From the IMG/VR virus record IMGVR_UViG_2930438282_000004, positions 18,364 to 82,363 of that record: a stretch of 64,000 nt of DNA. One strand, 5' to 3'. This document shows positions 39,037 through 48,955 of the stretch, piece by piece; positions within the stretch are counted from its first letter, which is position 1, and each line of letters starts with the position of its first letter. This DNA comes from a virus (taxonomy: Duplodnaviria > Caudoviricetes). A model generated the notes under the pieces. That model made no database searches and was not told where the DNA came from. It saw only the letters and a list, made by a program, of their open reading frames with translations. A program made the translations under genes and the position numbers.

Positions 39037-39414
39037 CTACCTGGGGTCATCGCATTCCCACGGGTAACCGAAGCAATCCGGCCGCAGCCCCCAGAGCGCG
39101 AGTGCCTCCGTGAGCGCCACTTCATCCGTTACCGACGCCGTGCGCACCAGGACCGCGCCGATGTCGTAGTCAAAGCCGTCGATGCAGTCAGCGTCGTACT
39201 CCCAGTGCTCCAGGCGAAAGCCACGCGCCGCATCACCACGTACCCAGCCCTCCCGCGCTGCCTGAGCGTCCCGCGCATCTTGAGCCGGGGTGATATCCAC
39301 AAACGCCCGTCGACCAGGGCGGGACGCCGAGACCTCTGCGACCACCCGGCGCCCCAGCCGCAGGGCGCTCAGCTTGTCTGTCGGCCAGGCCGACCGCTCA
39401 TTCACAGACCTCAT
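39037..39414 (-). CDS. Hypothetical passenger protein
   Basis: ORF between the transposase and the right TIR. Confidence 0.65.
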   Translation of the reverse strand: MRSVNERSAWPTDKLSALRLGRRVVAEVSASRPGRRAFVDITPAQDARDAQAAREGWVRGDAARGFRLEHWEYDADCIDGFDYDIGAVLVRTASVTDEVALTEALALWGLRPDCFGYPWECDDPR

Positions 39415-39908
39415 CCTGACGAAAACAATCGACCGGCACCATGGGGTTTCGGCACCCCAATCAGCTCCACGCCGACGCACGCCGGCACCTCATGAGCCAC
39501 GGACATACGTGCCCTACGGCGAGGTTGGAAAGGGCTCAGTGCGGCAGTCGTCGTCAACGGCGGCGACTGACGACGGACCGTGACCCAGTCGCCGTTGCAG
39601 ATCGGCGGCCTCGATCATGGAGACCCATGGGCTCACGAGATGGCCGATGGACTCTATGTGGGAGGACCTGTAGAGACCCACGGCAACGTGCACCTTGACT
39701 GGACCCTGTAAAGGCCGGGCCGCACTTCAAGTAGCCCGTGCTGAACAGGACTTCTACCGGCCGACTAAAAGGCCGCCATGAACACGACATGCCGATGCGG
39801 GCAGCAGACACAAACCCATCGGTACATCCGGGAGAACTGGTATGTAAGCATCGAGGGCTCAGCGCGTGACAAGCGCGGGAGCGGGACGCGCCAGACCCGC
39901 ATGACCGG

Positions 39909-40928
39909 GTGGCGCCCTGGGAGGAGAACTTAGTGATCAAGCATCTGCTACAGGAGCAGCTACCTCACGCCGATGGCCTGCAAGACGAACAGCGGCAGGC
40001 CATCAACGAAGGCTTTGACCGGCTGAGACGAGCAGTTGATGCTGATGACCGACCCTTGATAGTGGGGTCAGCAAAGGAGCTGGTCGAAGGCGTAGCCCGA
40101 GTGATCCTCGTTTCCTACGACGGTCGCGTCGTTCCCGACCAAGATCCCTATGACAAAGTTCTCGGCGCCGCGCACAAGGTGATCGAGCACGCCGTTAGCC
40201 TCGGCATCCCCCGGAACGATCCGCTGCGCCAGATCCCCGAGAACGCAAAAAAGATGGCTGGCCAGCTCCGCGAGCTGCGCAACTCATTCGGGACTGGGCA
40301 TGGACGCTCCATCGTGCACGAGATCACCGACGAGGTCGTCGAAGCTTCCGTGCACGCCAGCCTGTTGTGGGTTCGATGGGCCCTGGCTCGGCTCCACACT
40401 GCCCTACAAGGTGCCCTCGCACCTCTGATCCGAGACCTTGGCGACGGCATCTTCTACGGCGGCGACCTTGCGTCGCGGCTGGCGTCTGCGAACATTCCTG
40501 ATCTTGACCAGCCTGACCAACGCCGCCTGGGGCTGGCAGTGGGCCAGCGGTCAGCGCGCCAAACGGTGAACGTGCGAGTCGAAGGCATCGAGGCCATCTC
40601 CGTACATCCCGAGCGATGGCCAGATGAGTACCGCAACGGTGCGCTGCACGGCCTGTTCCTCAACGAGGACGGCCAGGTGTTTACCTACCCGTACGCCATC
40701 GATTCGGCCGTCCCCGCTCTCCTGAATGGCCACACGGCGCCGGACCGTCTGATCCAAGGCCTCGCATCGAAGCTGGCATCTGCGTCGTGGTCTGTCAGTT
40801 TCCAGAACGCATTCCAGGACGTCCTCGAAGCCATGCACCGCACCACCCGCACTCTGCCGGAAGAGGCACGGGCTCCCTGGACCAAGCTCATCGAGGAGCT
40901 GAAGCAGCTCGCGCCCGAGGCTGCTTGA
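39909..40928 (+). CDS. Abortive infection (Abi_C, HEPN-like) protein
   Basis: AKELVE...ELRNSFGTGHGR. Confidence 0.8.
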   Translation: MAPWEENLVIKHLLQEQLPHADGLQDEQRQAINEGFDRLRRAVDADDRPLIVGSAKELVEGVARVILVSYDGRVVPDQDPYDKVLGAAHKVIEHAVSLGIPRNDPLRQIPENAKKMAGQLRELRNSFGTGHGRSIVHEITDEVVEASVHASLLWVRWALARLHTALQGALAPLIRDLGDGIFYGGDLASRLASANIPDLDQPDQRRLGLAVGQRSARQTVNVRVEGIEAISVHPERWPDEYRNGALHGLFLNEDGQVFTYPYAIDSAVPALLNGHTAPDRLIQGLASKLASASWSVSFQNAFQDVLEAMHRTTRTLPEEARAPWTKLIEELKQLAPEAA

Positions 40929-41082
40929 TCGAGAGTGTTTGAGCCTGCTTAGGAGGAAGCCAGTGCCACCGGCTACGGCTACCGCAAGCTCGGCCTACCT
41001 AAAGAGGAAGAGCCGTCCACTGTATTCGGCGGGGCCGGAGCCGATGACGATGACTTCGCGTATGCCGGTGTCGGTCACCGGG

Positions 41083-41445
41083 TCACGCTTCCGGCTTCGC
41101 GTCGATCTCGGCGATGAGGGCCTCGATGCGCTTTTGGATCTCGTCACGGATGGGGCGGACGGACTCGACGCCCTTGCCGGCCGGGTCTTCCAGGGCCCAG
41201 TCGAGGTACTCCTCGTCCGGGAAGATGGGGCAGGCGTCCCCGCAGCGCATGGTGATGACGTAGTCGGACGCCTGGACGGCCTCGGTGGTCAGGACCTTGG
41301 GCTTCTGGTCGGAGATGTCGACGCCGACCTCCTTCATGGCCTCGATGGCGGCCGGGTTGACCTGGTCGCCGGGCAGTGATCCGGCGGAGCGGACCTCGAT
41401 CCGGTCGCCCGCGAGGTGGTTGAGGAATCCGGCGGCCATCTGTGA
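41083..41445 (-). pseudogene. arsC: Arsenate reductase ArsC, N-terminally truncated
   Basis: SQMAAGF...SAGS...CGDACP...DW.LEDP; catalytic CxxNxxR loop is missing. Confidence 0.85.
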
Positions 41446-41567
41446 GGCCTCGGCTGCACCGCCCGGGAAGTCGTCCGCTAGGTCCTCCAGCGCGCAACTC
41501 CCCCTTGTCAGTGACACCAGCGACAATTCCTTCCGACAGCGCTGTGGGGCAGGGGGGACGCGCGAGC

Positions 41568-42737
41568 ATGCAGACAGATGACTTCTTCCGCGGCAGGCCC
41601 GATGAGCACGCGGACTGGCCCGACCACAGGCCGGGTGAATGGGTGTGCCAGCTGTGGGAGCTGGATGTCGAGCTGATGGAGTCCCTTCGGTTCGGTCCCC
41701 TGCCGGTTCCCCCGGATCTGGACGTAGCCGTGGCGCTGACCCGGTTGCTGCACGAGGACTTCGTCGCCCGGGGCACACGCCACGACGAACGCATGAATGA
41801 CGAGGAAGTCGTCCTCGCCATCAAAGCGCACCGGGCGGTCCTCGAGCGCTTGGCACTGAAGCCGCCGCAGCTGCCGTTCCGCCATCACAGCGGCTTCTAC
41901 GACTACTGGCGCAAGAACGACATGTCCGGGGGCGGCGGCTGGCAGGCGCGCCGCGAGTGCATCGAAGAGCTGCTGGGGCCGACCAGACAGGCCCTGGAGG
42001 ACCTGCAGGAGGCCGAGTACGAGCAGCGTTTCAAGAACGGCCCCCGCGGCACCTTCAAGAACCTCATCTTCGCGGCCGTCGGCCCGAAGCCGCAGATCGT
42101 GCTGCGGGACGCGGTGAGCAACGAGGTGGAGATCGTCCGGAACGCCGAGAACTGCCTCGTGTATAGGGACCCTCTGCCGGTACAGGGCCTGACCTGGCGG
42201 CAGATGGTCACCTGGTGGCAGACGCACTACATGCCGGACGCCGAGGAGCCGGAGGCCGCCGATGCCCTGTACCGGCGGCTGTACCGCTCCCTGGATTCCC
42301 TGCCGGAGCAGACGGTCCTGCGCACGTACTGCGCCCGCTACGCCGAGTCCGCCGGATTCGACCTGCCCGCCCTTATTCCGCAGGTCTACCTGCACTACGA
42401 CCCCTACACCCGCAAGAGCGGCGGACGCAGCGGGGCTCTGCACCGCGAGCGCATGGACTTCCTGCTGTTGGCGCCCGACCGCTCCCGCATTGTGATCGAG
42501 GTCGACGGCGCCCATCACTACGGCATGAAGAACCCCACAGGCGTGGACGGCCGCACCACGTACACCGCCTCGCCCAGGCTGTACTCGGAGATGGTCGCCG
42601 AGGACCGCCGCCTGCGGCTGGCCGGCTATGAGATCTACCGCTTCGGCGGCTGGGAACTTACCCGGCCCGACAGCCCGCAGCTCATCTCCGACTTCTTCAC
42701 CGAGCTCCTCAACCGCCACAAGAAGCCGACACCGTAG
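41568..42737 (+). CDS. Second AbiJ-related DUF559-like nuclease
   Basis: KNLIFA..KPQI..PQVYLHYDP..RMDFLL..IEVDGAHHY..GYEIYRFG, shared with 35045-36445. Confidence 0.8.
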   Translation: MQTDDFFRGRPDEHADWPDHRPGEWVCQLWELDVELMESLRFGPLPVPPDLDVAVALTRLLHEDFVARGTRHDERMNDEEVVLAIKAHRAVLERLALKPPQLPFRHHSGFYDYWRKNDMSGGGGWQARRECIEELLGPTRQALEDLQEAEYEQRFKNGPRGTFKNLIFAAVGPKPQIVLRDAVSNEVEIVRNAENCLVYRDPLPVQGLTWRQMVTWWQTHYMPDAEEPEAADALYRRLYRSLDSLPEQTVLRTYCARYAESAGFDLPALIPQVYLHYDPYTRKSGGRSGALHRERMDFLLLAPDRSRIVIEVDGAHHYGMKNPTGVDGRTTYTASPRLYSEMVAEDRRLRLAGYEIYRFGGWELTRPDSPQLISDFFTELLNRHKKPTP

Positions 42738-42754
42738 CGGCGGCACGCACCGCT

Positions 42755-43408
42755 TTAGTAGCCGGCCGTGTCCATGGCCTCCATGTACTCGATCTGCCAG
42801 TTCTCGTACTCACCGAGATGAGCCGAGTAGCCACCCCACAACAGGTGCGCGAGCTTGTGCAGCTCGTTCACCTGCTCGTAGAAGTTGACGTTCTGCTGCA
42901 CGGGTCGGGCGGGAGCCCGGCCGGCGCCGTGGCCGACCAGGGCGTACCGGTAGGTCTCCCCTGTCGCATCCTCGCTGTCCAGCCAGTTCAGCTGACTCCA
43001 GGACCCCAGATCGATGCGCTGGTCCACCTTGGGTAGGTCCAGCAGAGCCAGGTACCGGTTGAGGCAGTCCGCCAGTCTCCTGATGTTGTGCGTGCGCAGC
43101 CGCTTATCCAACTGGTCGGGGCTGAGGTCCTCTTCTCCTGTGTAGCCCTCGCGCAGCGCGCACTGGGCGGCCTTCCGGATCAGCCACTTCAGCGACAGCT
43201 CGATGCTGTGCCGGTAGTTGTAGAGGATCGGGAGGGGCATCAGATCGTCCGGGCCGTGGGTGATCCAGTGGCGAGCGGCGGTCTCGGCCACGCGCAGATA
43301 GCCGCCAGCGAGGGTGAGATCGTCCTCGCTGGCACCGCCCCAGACGGCGATCTCGGCATTCGCCCAGCGGGGCCGGGGCAGGCTCAACCGATCCTTTGCT
43401 TCCTCCAT
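42755..43408 (-). CDS. HEPN-like helical protein
   Basis: PILYNYRHSIELSLK...THNI...D...YRY. Confidence 0.65.
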   Translation of the reverse strand: MEEAKDRLSLPRPRWANAEIAVWGGASEDDLTLAGGYLRVAETAARHWITHGPDDLMPLPILYNYRHSIELSLKWLIRKAAQCALREGYTGEEDLSPDQLDKRLRTHNIRRLADCLNRYLALLDLPKVDQRIDLGSWSQLNWLDSEDATGETYRYALVGHGAGRAPARPVQQNVNFYEQVNELHKLAHLLWGGYSAHLGEYENWQIEYMEAMDTAGY

Positions 43409-43619
43409 CCCTTCAGGATCGCAATCGCCCGCCTCGTCCACTACCGCTTTTGGCAACTGCCCGCTGGTGCATCGTCCCTGGGCGTTGCCGGCCGGGCCAG
43501 ACGCCGAGGGCGGCGAGTTGCTGGCGGGTGAAGTGGCGGGTGGTCATGTCTCTCCTGGGGCGTGCGTCGGTTTACGTGCGGTCGGGGTGTGGCCGTGTGT
43601 GCGGGTCAGGCGTCGGCGG

Positions 43620-45509
43620 TCATGCGCTGTGCCTCTCTGGGCCGGTGTCGGGGTGGCTTCCGGTTTCGGGGTCGCAGGCGAGGTGGGTGTCGTATCCGCG
43701 GTCGAGTCGGTAGCCGGTGAGGGGGTCTCCGCAGATGGTGCAAAGCGGGCGTTTGCCGTCCGGAGTCCCGGGCCCCTCCCCCTCACCTCCCCCCACCTGA
43801 GGGTGGGGGGAGGCGGGGGAGGTTTGGGTGGGGGCATCCCCCCGACCTCCCCCGGGAGTTGGGGGGAGGTTTGACCTGGGGTTTTCGTTGAACTCCCCCG
43901 GACTCCCCCCTTGATCGTGGGGGAGTTCGGTTTCAAGATCGCGGGGGAGGTCTCGGGGGGAGGTATTTCGGGGCGAATCGGACGCCGTTCCAGGGGTGCT
44001 GTCGAGGGTGTCCGGGTATGCCGGGGAATCGGCGCCCGAAATGGCATCCCCCGTCCGCAAATGCTCCTCATCGAAGCTGTTCCGGGTCTTCCGGATCCGG
44101 ACTGCCTCCTCGACCTTCTCCTTGCGCATCTGGATGCCGTACTCGGTGCACCACTTGATGACGCGCGGGCTGCCCCACTTCAGTGGCACCTTCGACCGGT
44201 CGAGGACCGCGGCGAGCCATTCGGGGGTGCCCTTGATCTCCTCGGCCGGCCGGTAGTCGAGGGATTCCAGGACGACCGAGGTGACGGGCCGGCCGTCCGG
44301 TTTCGCCTCGCCGTCGAGGGTGACGACCTTCAGCCCGAACTGGATGTCGCCGGACTCCTCGTCGTCTTTCTGCTTGCCGACCTTGACGGTGACGACGATG
44401 TTCTTGGCGTTGTCGCCTTTCTTCGACACGTGGAGTTCGGATTGAAGGGCGCCCTTCGCGGAGGATGCGCCGCGGCCGTGCTCGCCGACGTGCCCGGTGT
44501 GGTGGATGACGAGGACGCAGGCGCCGGTGGCTCGGCGTAGGTCTTCGACGCGTTCGATGACGACGCCGACTTCGGTGTTGGAGTTCTCCTCGACGCCGAC
44601 GGAGACGCGGGCCTGGGTGTCGATGACGATCATCTGCGGTTGCAGGCGGCGCATCGCCTCGATGAGGACGTCCCATTCCGGGCCCATCGCCTGGACGGGG
44701 CGGGGGAGGAAGAGGACGTTGTCCATCTTCAGCCCGTAGTGCTTCTCCCACGCGCGGACGCGCTTGCGGATGCCGCGGGCGCCTTCGGCGACGAGGTAGA
44801 CGACGGTGCCCTGGCGGACGTGGTGTCCGTGCCACTGCATGCCGGTGCCGACGTGTCCGGCCAGGTCGATCGTCACGAAGCTCTTCATGTGCCCGGACGG
44901 GCCGATGATCCGGGCGAGGGAATCAAGGTGGAGGAGGTCGCCGACGAGGGGTTCCAGGGTCGGCATGTTGTCGAGGCTGGACGCGTCGAGGAGCTCGGCG
45001 AGGAGGGCGTCCGCGGGGTCGCCGGATCGTCCGTGGGCGCGTTCCTTCTGCCGCTTGAGGTAGTCGTCGATGAAGGTGACTGCGCCGCCGGGCTCGGCGT
45101 CCGGTTCGGTGGCGCGTTGGACGATGCGCCGGCCGAGGTCGGCTTCGGCACGGAGGTCGGCGTCCTTGCGGACGATGTGCGCGTGGTACTCGGCGTCGAG
45201 GGCGTAGTCGCCGAGCTGGTTGAGGTAGGGGATGCCGCCGGCGCGGCGGAGTTCCTTGCGCTTCTCCAGTTCGAGTCGGAGGGTCAGCGGGGTGATCGGC
45301 TGGCCTTCGTCGTGGAGGTAGCCGACGACGTCCCACAGGAGTTCGTGCTGGGGGAGTGCGAAGTCGGTGCGGGTGAGGATGCCGCGTACGGCCGGGATGG
45401 CCTTGGGGTTGTGCATGCAGCCGCCGATGACGTACCGCTCGGCGTCGTACTGCTCTGAGCCGTGCGGGTCCGCCTGGTCATCTCCGTGCATGTGGCGGAC
45501 GTTGCTCAC
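43620..45509 (-). CDS. Replicative helicase (DnaB N-terminal + AAA_25/RepA-type)
   Basis: AERYVIG..DF..H; Walker A-like GPSGHMKS; YLVAEG; VIDT; IHH..RGASS. Confidence 0.9.
   Translation of the reverse strand: MSNVRHMHGDDQADPHGSEQYDAERYVIGGCMHNPKAIPAVRGILTRTDFALPQHELLWDVVGYLHDEGQPITPLTLRLELEKRKELRRAGGIPYLNQLGDYALDAEYHAHIVRKDADLRAEADLGRRIVQRATEPDAEPGGAVTFIDDYLKRQKERAHGRSGDPADALLAELLDASSLDNMPTLEPLVGDLLHLDSLARIIGPSGHMKSFVTIDLAGHVGTGMQWHGHHVRQGTVVYLVAEGARGIRKRVRAWEKHYGLKMDNVLFLPRPVQAMGPEWDVLIEAMRRLQPQMIVIDTQARVSVGVEENSNTEVGVVIERVEDLRRATGACVLVIHHTGHVGEHGRGASSAKGALQSELHVSKKGDNAKNIVVTVKVGKQKDDEESGDIQFGLKVVTLDGEAKPDGRPVTSVVLESLDYRPAEEIKGTPEWLAAVLDRSKVPLKWGSPRVIKWCTEYGIQMRKEKVEEAVRIRKTRNSFDEEHLRTGDAISGADSPAYPDTLDSTPGTASDSPRNTSPRDLPRDLETELPHDQGGSPGEFNENPRSNLPPTPGGGRGDAPTQTSPASPHPQVGGGEGEGPGTPDGKRPLCTICGDPLTGYRLDRGYDTHLACDPETGSHPDTGPERHSA
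43775..43965. repeat. Cluster of GGGGGAG repeats (candidate iterons/origin)
   Basis: About 11 copies in both orientations within the helicase 3' region. Confidence 0.55.
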
Positions 45510-45520
45510 GGGCGGTCTCC

Positions 45521-45826
45521 TCAGAAGAGCGTGGTGGGGGCAGCAGGCGGGCACAGGTGGTCGGCGACGTGGGCGCCTGTGCGGCAGTCGGGTGGGTGCC
45601 AGGACTCGACCCAGAACAGGCGTTTGTGGCCGAGGCTGTTGGTGCGTAGGCACCAGATGAGCCGGTTGGGCTCGCGTAACTGCTCCTGCTGTTCAGGGGT
45701 GAGCGGCGTGAGGTCGGCGATGACGTTGAGTGCGGCCCACTGGCCGACGAGTTCATTGATGACGGGGCTGCCGCACGAGGGGCAGCGCTGTTGTGGGGCG
45801 GCACCGCCCCTCGCGCGGCCGGCCAT
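45521..45826 (-). CDS. Zinc-finger hypothetical protein
   Basis: CPSCG...H..C. Confidence 0.7.
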   Translation of the reverse strand: MAGRARGGAAPQQRCPSCGSPVINELVGQWAALNVIADLTPLTPEQQEQLREPNRLIWCLRTNSLGHKRLFWVESWHPPDCRTGAHVADHLCPPAAPTTLF

Positions 45827-46638
45827 CAGGCGGACGTCCCGTTCATCACCGGCGGGTCGACCTGCTCGGCGATCGCCTTGAGTACGTCGGCGAACGCTGT
45901 CTTCCGGATCTCCTCGGGGCGCTCCAGCTTGTAGCCGAGGCGGAGGCCCTGCTGCCCGATGCGGTAGCGGAGGCGGGCGGTCAGCCGGTAGCCCTCGGAT
46001 CCTTCGAACGGCACGAGGCCGATGACGAACGTCTCGGGGACCTCAAGGGCGCCCTTCTGGCCGGCCTTCGTGGTCGCGGTCTCGACGTACTGGAACTGGC
46101 GCTGTCCGCTGCTGAGCCGGACGGCGGACTGGAAGTCGACCTTCTGCGCGGCCTGGAAGGACTGTGCGATCTCCAGCATCGTCGCGGAGTCGGGCTCCAG
46201 GAGTTCCGGGAGGTGGTCCTCGAGGAACTCGGCGAAGTCCTCCTGATCCATCAGTTCGCCGTTCCAGCGCATCCACTGCTGCCACGTGGTGGTCTCGCGC
46301 AGGGCCAGGTGGAGGCGGTGCTGCCCCCAGCGGGCGTCTTCGGGGGTGTTGGCGTCGAGGACGGCGGTGACGGTGAGGCGCTCGTTGTCGGCGTACACCT
46401 CGCTGTGGGCGTCGTTGTGCTTGTCCCAGTAGGCGAGGAAGGACTCGGCGTCGCGGACGGTGGTGGTGCCCTTCTTGCGGGAGGGCTGATCCCTGTAGTC
46501 GTCGCCGGTCAGGTCGATCTTCTGGACGCTGCCGCCGGGGGTGACGAAGGCGTAGAGCTTTCCGGGGGCGAGTTCGCGGGCTTCGGCGGAGCGGAGCGCG
46601 GTGTCGACGATGACCTGGGCGTTGTCGATGTTGGTCAC
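45826..46638 (-). CDS. DUF2303 (YfdQ-like) protein
   Basis: MDQEDFAEFLED...ARLRYRI. Confidence 0.85.
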   Translation of the reverse strand: MTNIDNAQVIVDTALRSAEARELAPGKLYAFVTPGGSVQKIDLTGDDYRDQPSRKKGTTTVRDAESFLAYWDKHNDAHSEVYADNERLTVTAVLDANTPEDARWGQHRLHLALRETTTWQQWMRWNGELMDQEDFAEFLEDHLPELLEPDSATMLEIAQSFQAAQKVDFQSAVRLSSGQRQFQYVETATTKAGQKGALEVPETFVIGLVPFEGSEGYRLTARLRYRIGQQGLRLGYKLERPEEIRKTAFADVLKAIAEQVDPPVMNGTSA

Positions 46639-46643
46639 AGGTG

Positions 46644-47051
46644 TCAGGCCTTCTTGTATTCGGTGGTGGTGGTGTCGGCCATGCGGAACTCGGTGGTGCC
46701 GTCGGTGTTGCGGTAGACACCGGGCGACATCTGCCGGGGGTCCTCGCGGACGGGCTGGCCGTCGTTGTCGAGGAAGTAGAGGGACTTGACCGGGGTCGGC
46801 TTGGGGGCCTTCACGGCGGACTCGACACCGATGGGGAGCGGGGCGGAGTCGACGCCGTTGGCGGGGGGTTCGACGACGATCGTGATCGTCATGGAGCCCT
46901 TCTTGCCGTGGGTCTTCACCGAGTCCAGCAGGCCGTGGAACTCGCGGGAGAGTTCCTCGTCGGTGCGGCCGTTGAGGTGGCTGCCGAGGAATGCGGCGAC
47001 GGGTGCCTGCTGCGGCTCGGTCTCGGGCTCGGTGTCGTGCTGGGTGGTCAT
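46644..47051 (-). CDS. Hypothetical protein (typical DUF2303 partner)
   Basis: HGKKGSMTITI...REDPRQ. Confidence 0.75.
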   Translation of the reverse strand: MTTQHDTEPETEPQQAPVAAFLGSHLNGRTDEELSREFHGLLDSVKTHGKKGSMTITIVVEPPANGVDSAPLPIGVESAVKAPKPTPVKSLYFLDNDGQPVREDPRQMSPGVYRNTDGTTEFRMADTTTTEYKKA

Positions 47052-47187
47052 GTGTGGGTGGTGCCTTTCTTCTGGTTGTGGTGGTGCTGTTGGTGTTTGT
47101 GGGGGTTGGGCCCGCCCCGTCGAGGGGGAAGCGCGGGGCGGGCCCGGGTGGCGGCCGCAGCGGGGATGCCGTGGGGCCGGCCGCCGG

Positions 47188-47427
47188 TCATGCGGCTTGT
47201 GGCTGCCGGATTCGGCAGGTGTGTGAGGTGCGGATGGCGGCGACGAACCGCGCGATGTCGCCGGGCCCGTGGCCGTTGGGGGTCTCGGTGGTCTGGCAGC
47301 GGAGGCACTCGTAGCGGGCCCGGGGGAGGCGCCTCCACTGGATCTGGCCGGCGCGGTCGCCCTTCGCGATCTCGCGCCCGTCACCGAGGTCGACGTAGAG
47401 GGCGCCTGCCACCACGAGGCCGGTCAT
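47188..47427 (-). CDS. Small zinc-finger protein
   Basis: YECLRC...HTC. Confidence 0.65.
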   Translation of the reverse strand: MTGLVVAGALYVDLGDGREIAKGDRAGQIQWRRLPRARYECLRCQTTETPNGHGPGDIARFVAAIRTSHTCRIRQPQAA

Positions 47428-47849
47428 GCCGACTCCTTCTTTGCCTGCTGGCGGAGGGCGTTCGCCTTGCGGCACACCTCGCACAGGGGCTCTCTGCGCC
47501 GCAGGTGTCGGCGGTAGGCCGCGTCGGTGCCGTGCGGGGCCAGGCCGCGACGCTCTTGTAGGGAGGTCGGGAACTGGCCGCGGCGGCGGAGGATCTCGTA
47601 CGTGCGGCGGCGTTCGGGTGCGGTGAGCGCGCCGCGGACGCCGTGCCGGTCCTTGGAGTTCGCGGCGCCTTCCTCGGCGAGGGCGGAGCCGAGGCATTCC
47701 ATGCGGGCCGGGCAGGTCAGGCAGATGCTCTTGGCCTGTGCGGCTTCAGGGGTGTTGGCGTCGGCGTCCCACATGTCGCGCTGGTCGGCGTAGGCGGGGC
47801 TGGTGCATGTGCCTTGGGCGTTCCAGCTACGGGAGGCTGTGATCTTCAT
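47424..47849 (-). CDS. WhiB-family regulator with C-terminal HGT..CxxC domain
   Basis: C...AKSICLTCPARMECL..HGVRGALT..ER. Confidence 0.85.
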   Translation of the reverse strand: MKITASRSWNAQGTCTSPAYADQRDMWDADANTPEAAQAKSICLTCPARMECLGSALAEEGAANSKDRHGVRGALTAPERRRTYEILRRRGQFPTSLQERRGLAPHGTDAAYRRHLRRREPLCEVCRKANALRQQAKKESA

Positions 47850-48433
47850 CGGCGGGTCACCGCCTCGCGCTCGGGCCACTGGCAGCCGTCCAGTGCTTCC
47901 TTCTGTGCTGCGGTGACCTCGGCCAGTGGAAAGCCGAGCCACTCGTAGCCGATCGCGGCGAGTGCGAACCCGTCGCATTCGTCGCTGGCGGCCGGGCCTT
48001 CGAAGGTGCGGCCGAAGGTCTGCTCTGCGGCGGCCCTCATCTGGGCCTTGGACGCCTTGCCGTACCCGGCGAAGAACAGCTTCAGCGAGGACGGCGGGAC
48101 GATCGCGTAGGGGATCTCGCGGCGCCAGAGCCAGTGCTGGATCATGACGCGGAGTCCGGCGAGTTCTTCGTGCCCGCCCTGGCCAGCGTGGCCGAAGGAA
48201 GGGCCTTCGAGGACGACGAGGTCGGCGCTCTTGAGGAAGGTGCCGATCTCCTGGACGAGGTAGGCGAGGCGGGGGTGGCCGCGAAGCGCCTTGGGGCGGA
48301 CGTAGTCGGTCCACTCGGCGGAGCCGATGCCGGTGGAGCGCAGGGAGAGGTCTCCGCCGATGACGAGGGGGCGGGGCCCGGCCGCCAAGGTGGCGGCCGG
48401 TGCCTCGGGGGCGAACAAAGTGGGCGCGGTCAT
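47846..48433 (-). CDS. RuvC-like Holliday junction resolvase
   Basis: GDLSLRSTG, VVLEG, GYGKASK, DECDG. Confidence 0.88.
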   Translation of the reverse strand: MTAPTLFAPEAPAATLAAGPRPLVIGGDLSLRSTGIGSAEWTDYVRPKALRGHPRLAYLVQEIGTFLKSADLVVLEGPSFGHAGQGGHEELAGLRVMIQHWLWRREIPYAIVPPSSLKLFFAGYGKASKAQMRAAAEQTFGRTFEGPAASDECDGFALAAIGYEWLGFPLAEVTAAQKEALDGCQWPEREAVTRR

Positions 48434-48666
48434 CGAGCACCGCCGTTCCGGCCGTACTGCCGCTTGCCCTCGGCGTATCGCGCGTTCTGGTAGTCGCGCT
48501 CTGCTTGACGGCACGGCTCGCACAACTGCTCCTTGCGGTAGTAGTGCTGCCGGGCCCCGCGATAGGTGCCGTGAGTGATCGGCTTGCGTGCGCTCCCGTG
48601 CCGCGGCCGCTTCAGGCCGATGTCCTTGATGAGCTGGTCGAGTTGGGCGTCCGTGAGGTCAGGCAT
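48430..48666 (-). CDS. Small HGT..CxxC protein
   Basis: HGTYRG...LCEPCR. Confidence 0.7.
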   Translation of the reverse strand: MPDLTDAQLDQLIKDIGLKRPRHGSARKPITHGTYRGARQHYYRKEQLCEPCRQAERDYQNARYAEGKRQYGRNGGAR

Positions 48667-48955
48667 TGGTGGCCTCCTCTGCGGGGGTCGTGGGGTGTGG
48701 GTTGCGGCACTCGGTGCAGAGCTCGCCGCCGAGGCGGAGCCGGATCTGCAAGGTGGGCCGGTCCTCGGCCGGGCAGTACGCCTCGAACTGGTCGAGGGCC
48801 TCGACGGGGCGGAGCAAGGCGGGCGCGGCCGGCGCTGCCGGGACCGAGCCGCCGCGGTGCCGGCCGGATGGGGTCGGCCAGGAGCGGGCCATCATGACGG
48901 CGCCGACCGCGATGGTCATGACGGTCGCCGCGAGGGCCGCGGCGAAGTCGTTCAT
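48659..48955 (-). CDS. TM plus zinc-finger hypothetical protein
   Basis: Coupled ORF. Confidence 0.6.
   Translation of the reverse strand: MNDFAAALAATVMTIAVGAVMMARSWPTPSGRHRGGSVPAAPAAPALLRPVEALDQFEAYCPAEDRPTLQIRLRLGGELCTECRNPHPTTPAEEATNA

Larger units (their letters stand above)
36486..39537 (+). mobile_element. Outer IS5-family element with passenger gene
   Basis: TIRs GAGCCTTTTCCAACC / GGTTGGAAAGGGCTC; AGT direct repeats at 36483-36485 and 39538-39540. Confidence 0.75.

Noticed and set aside
41083-41778. Full-length 231-aa ArsC conferring arsenic resistance
   Set aside because: The N-terminal extension is antisense to the nuclease gene, the catalytic loop is absent and no other ars genes are present
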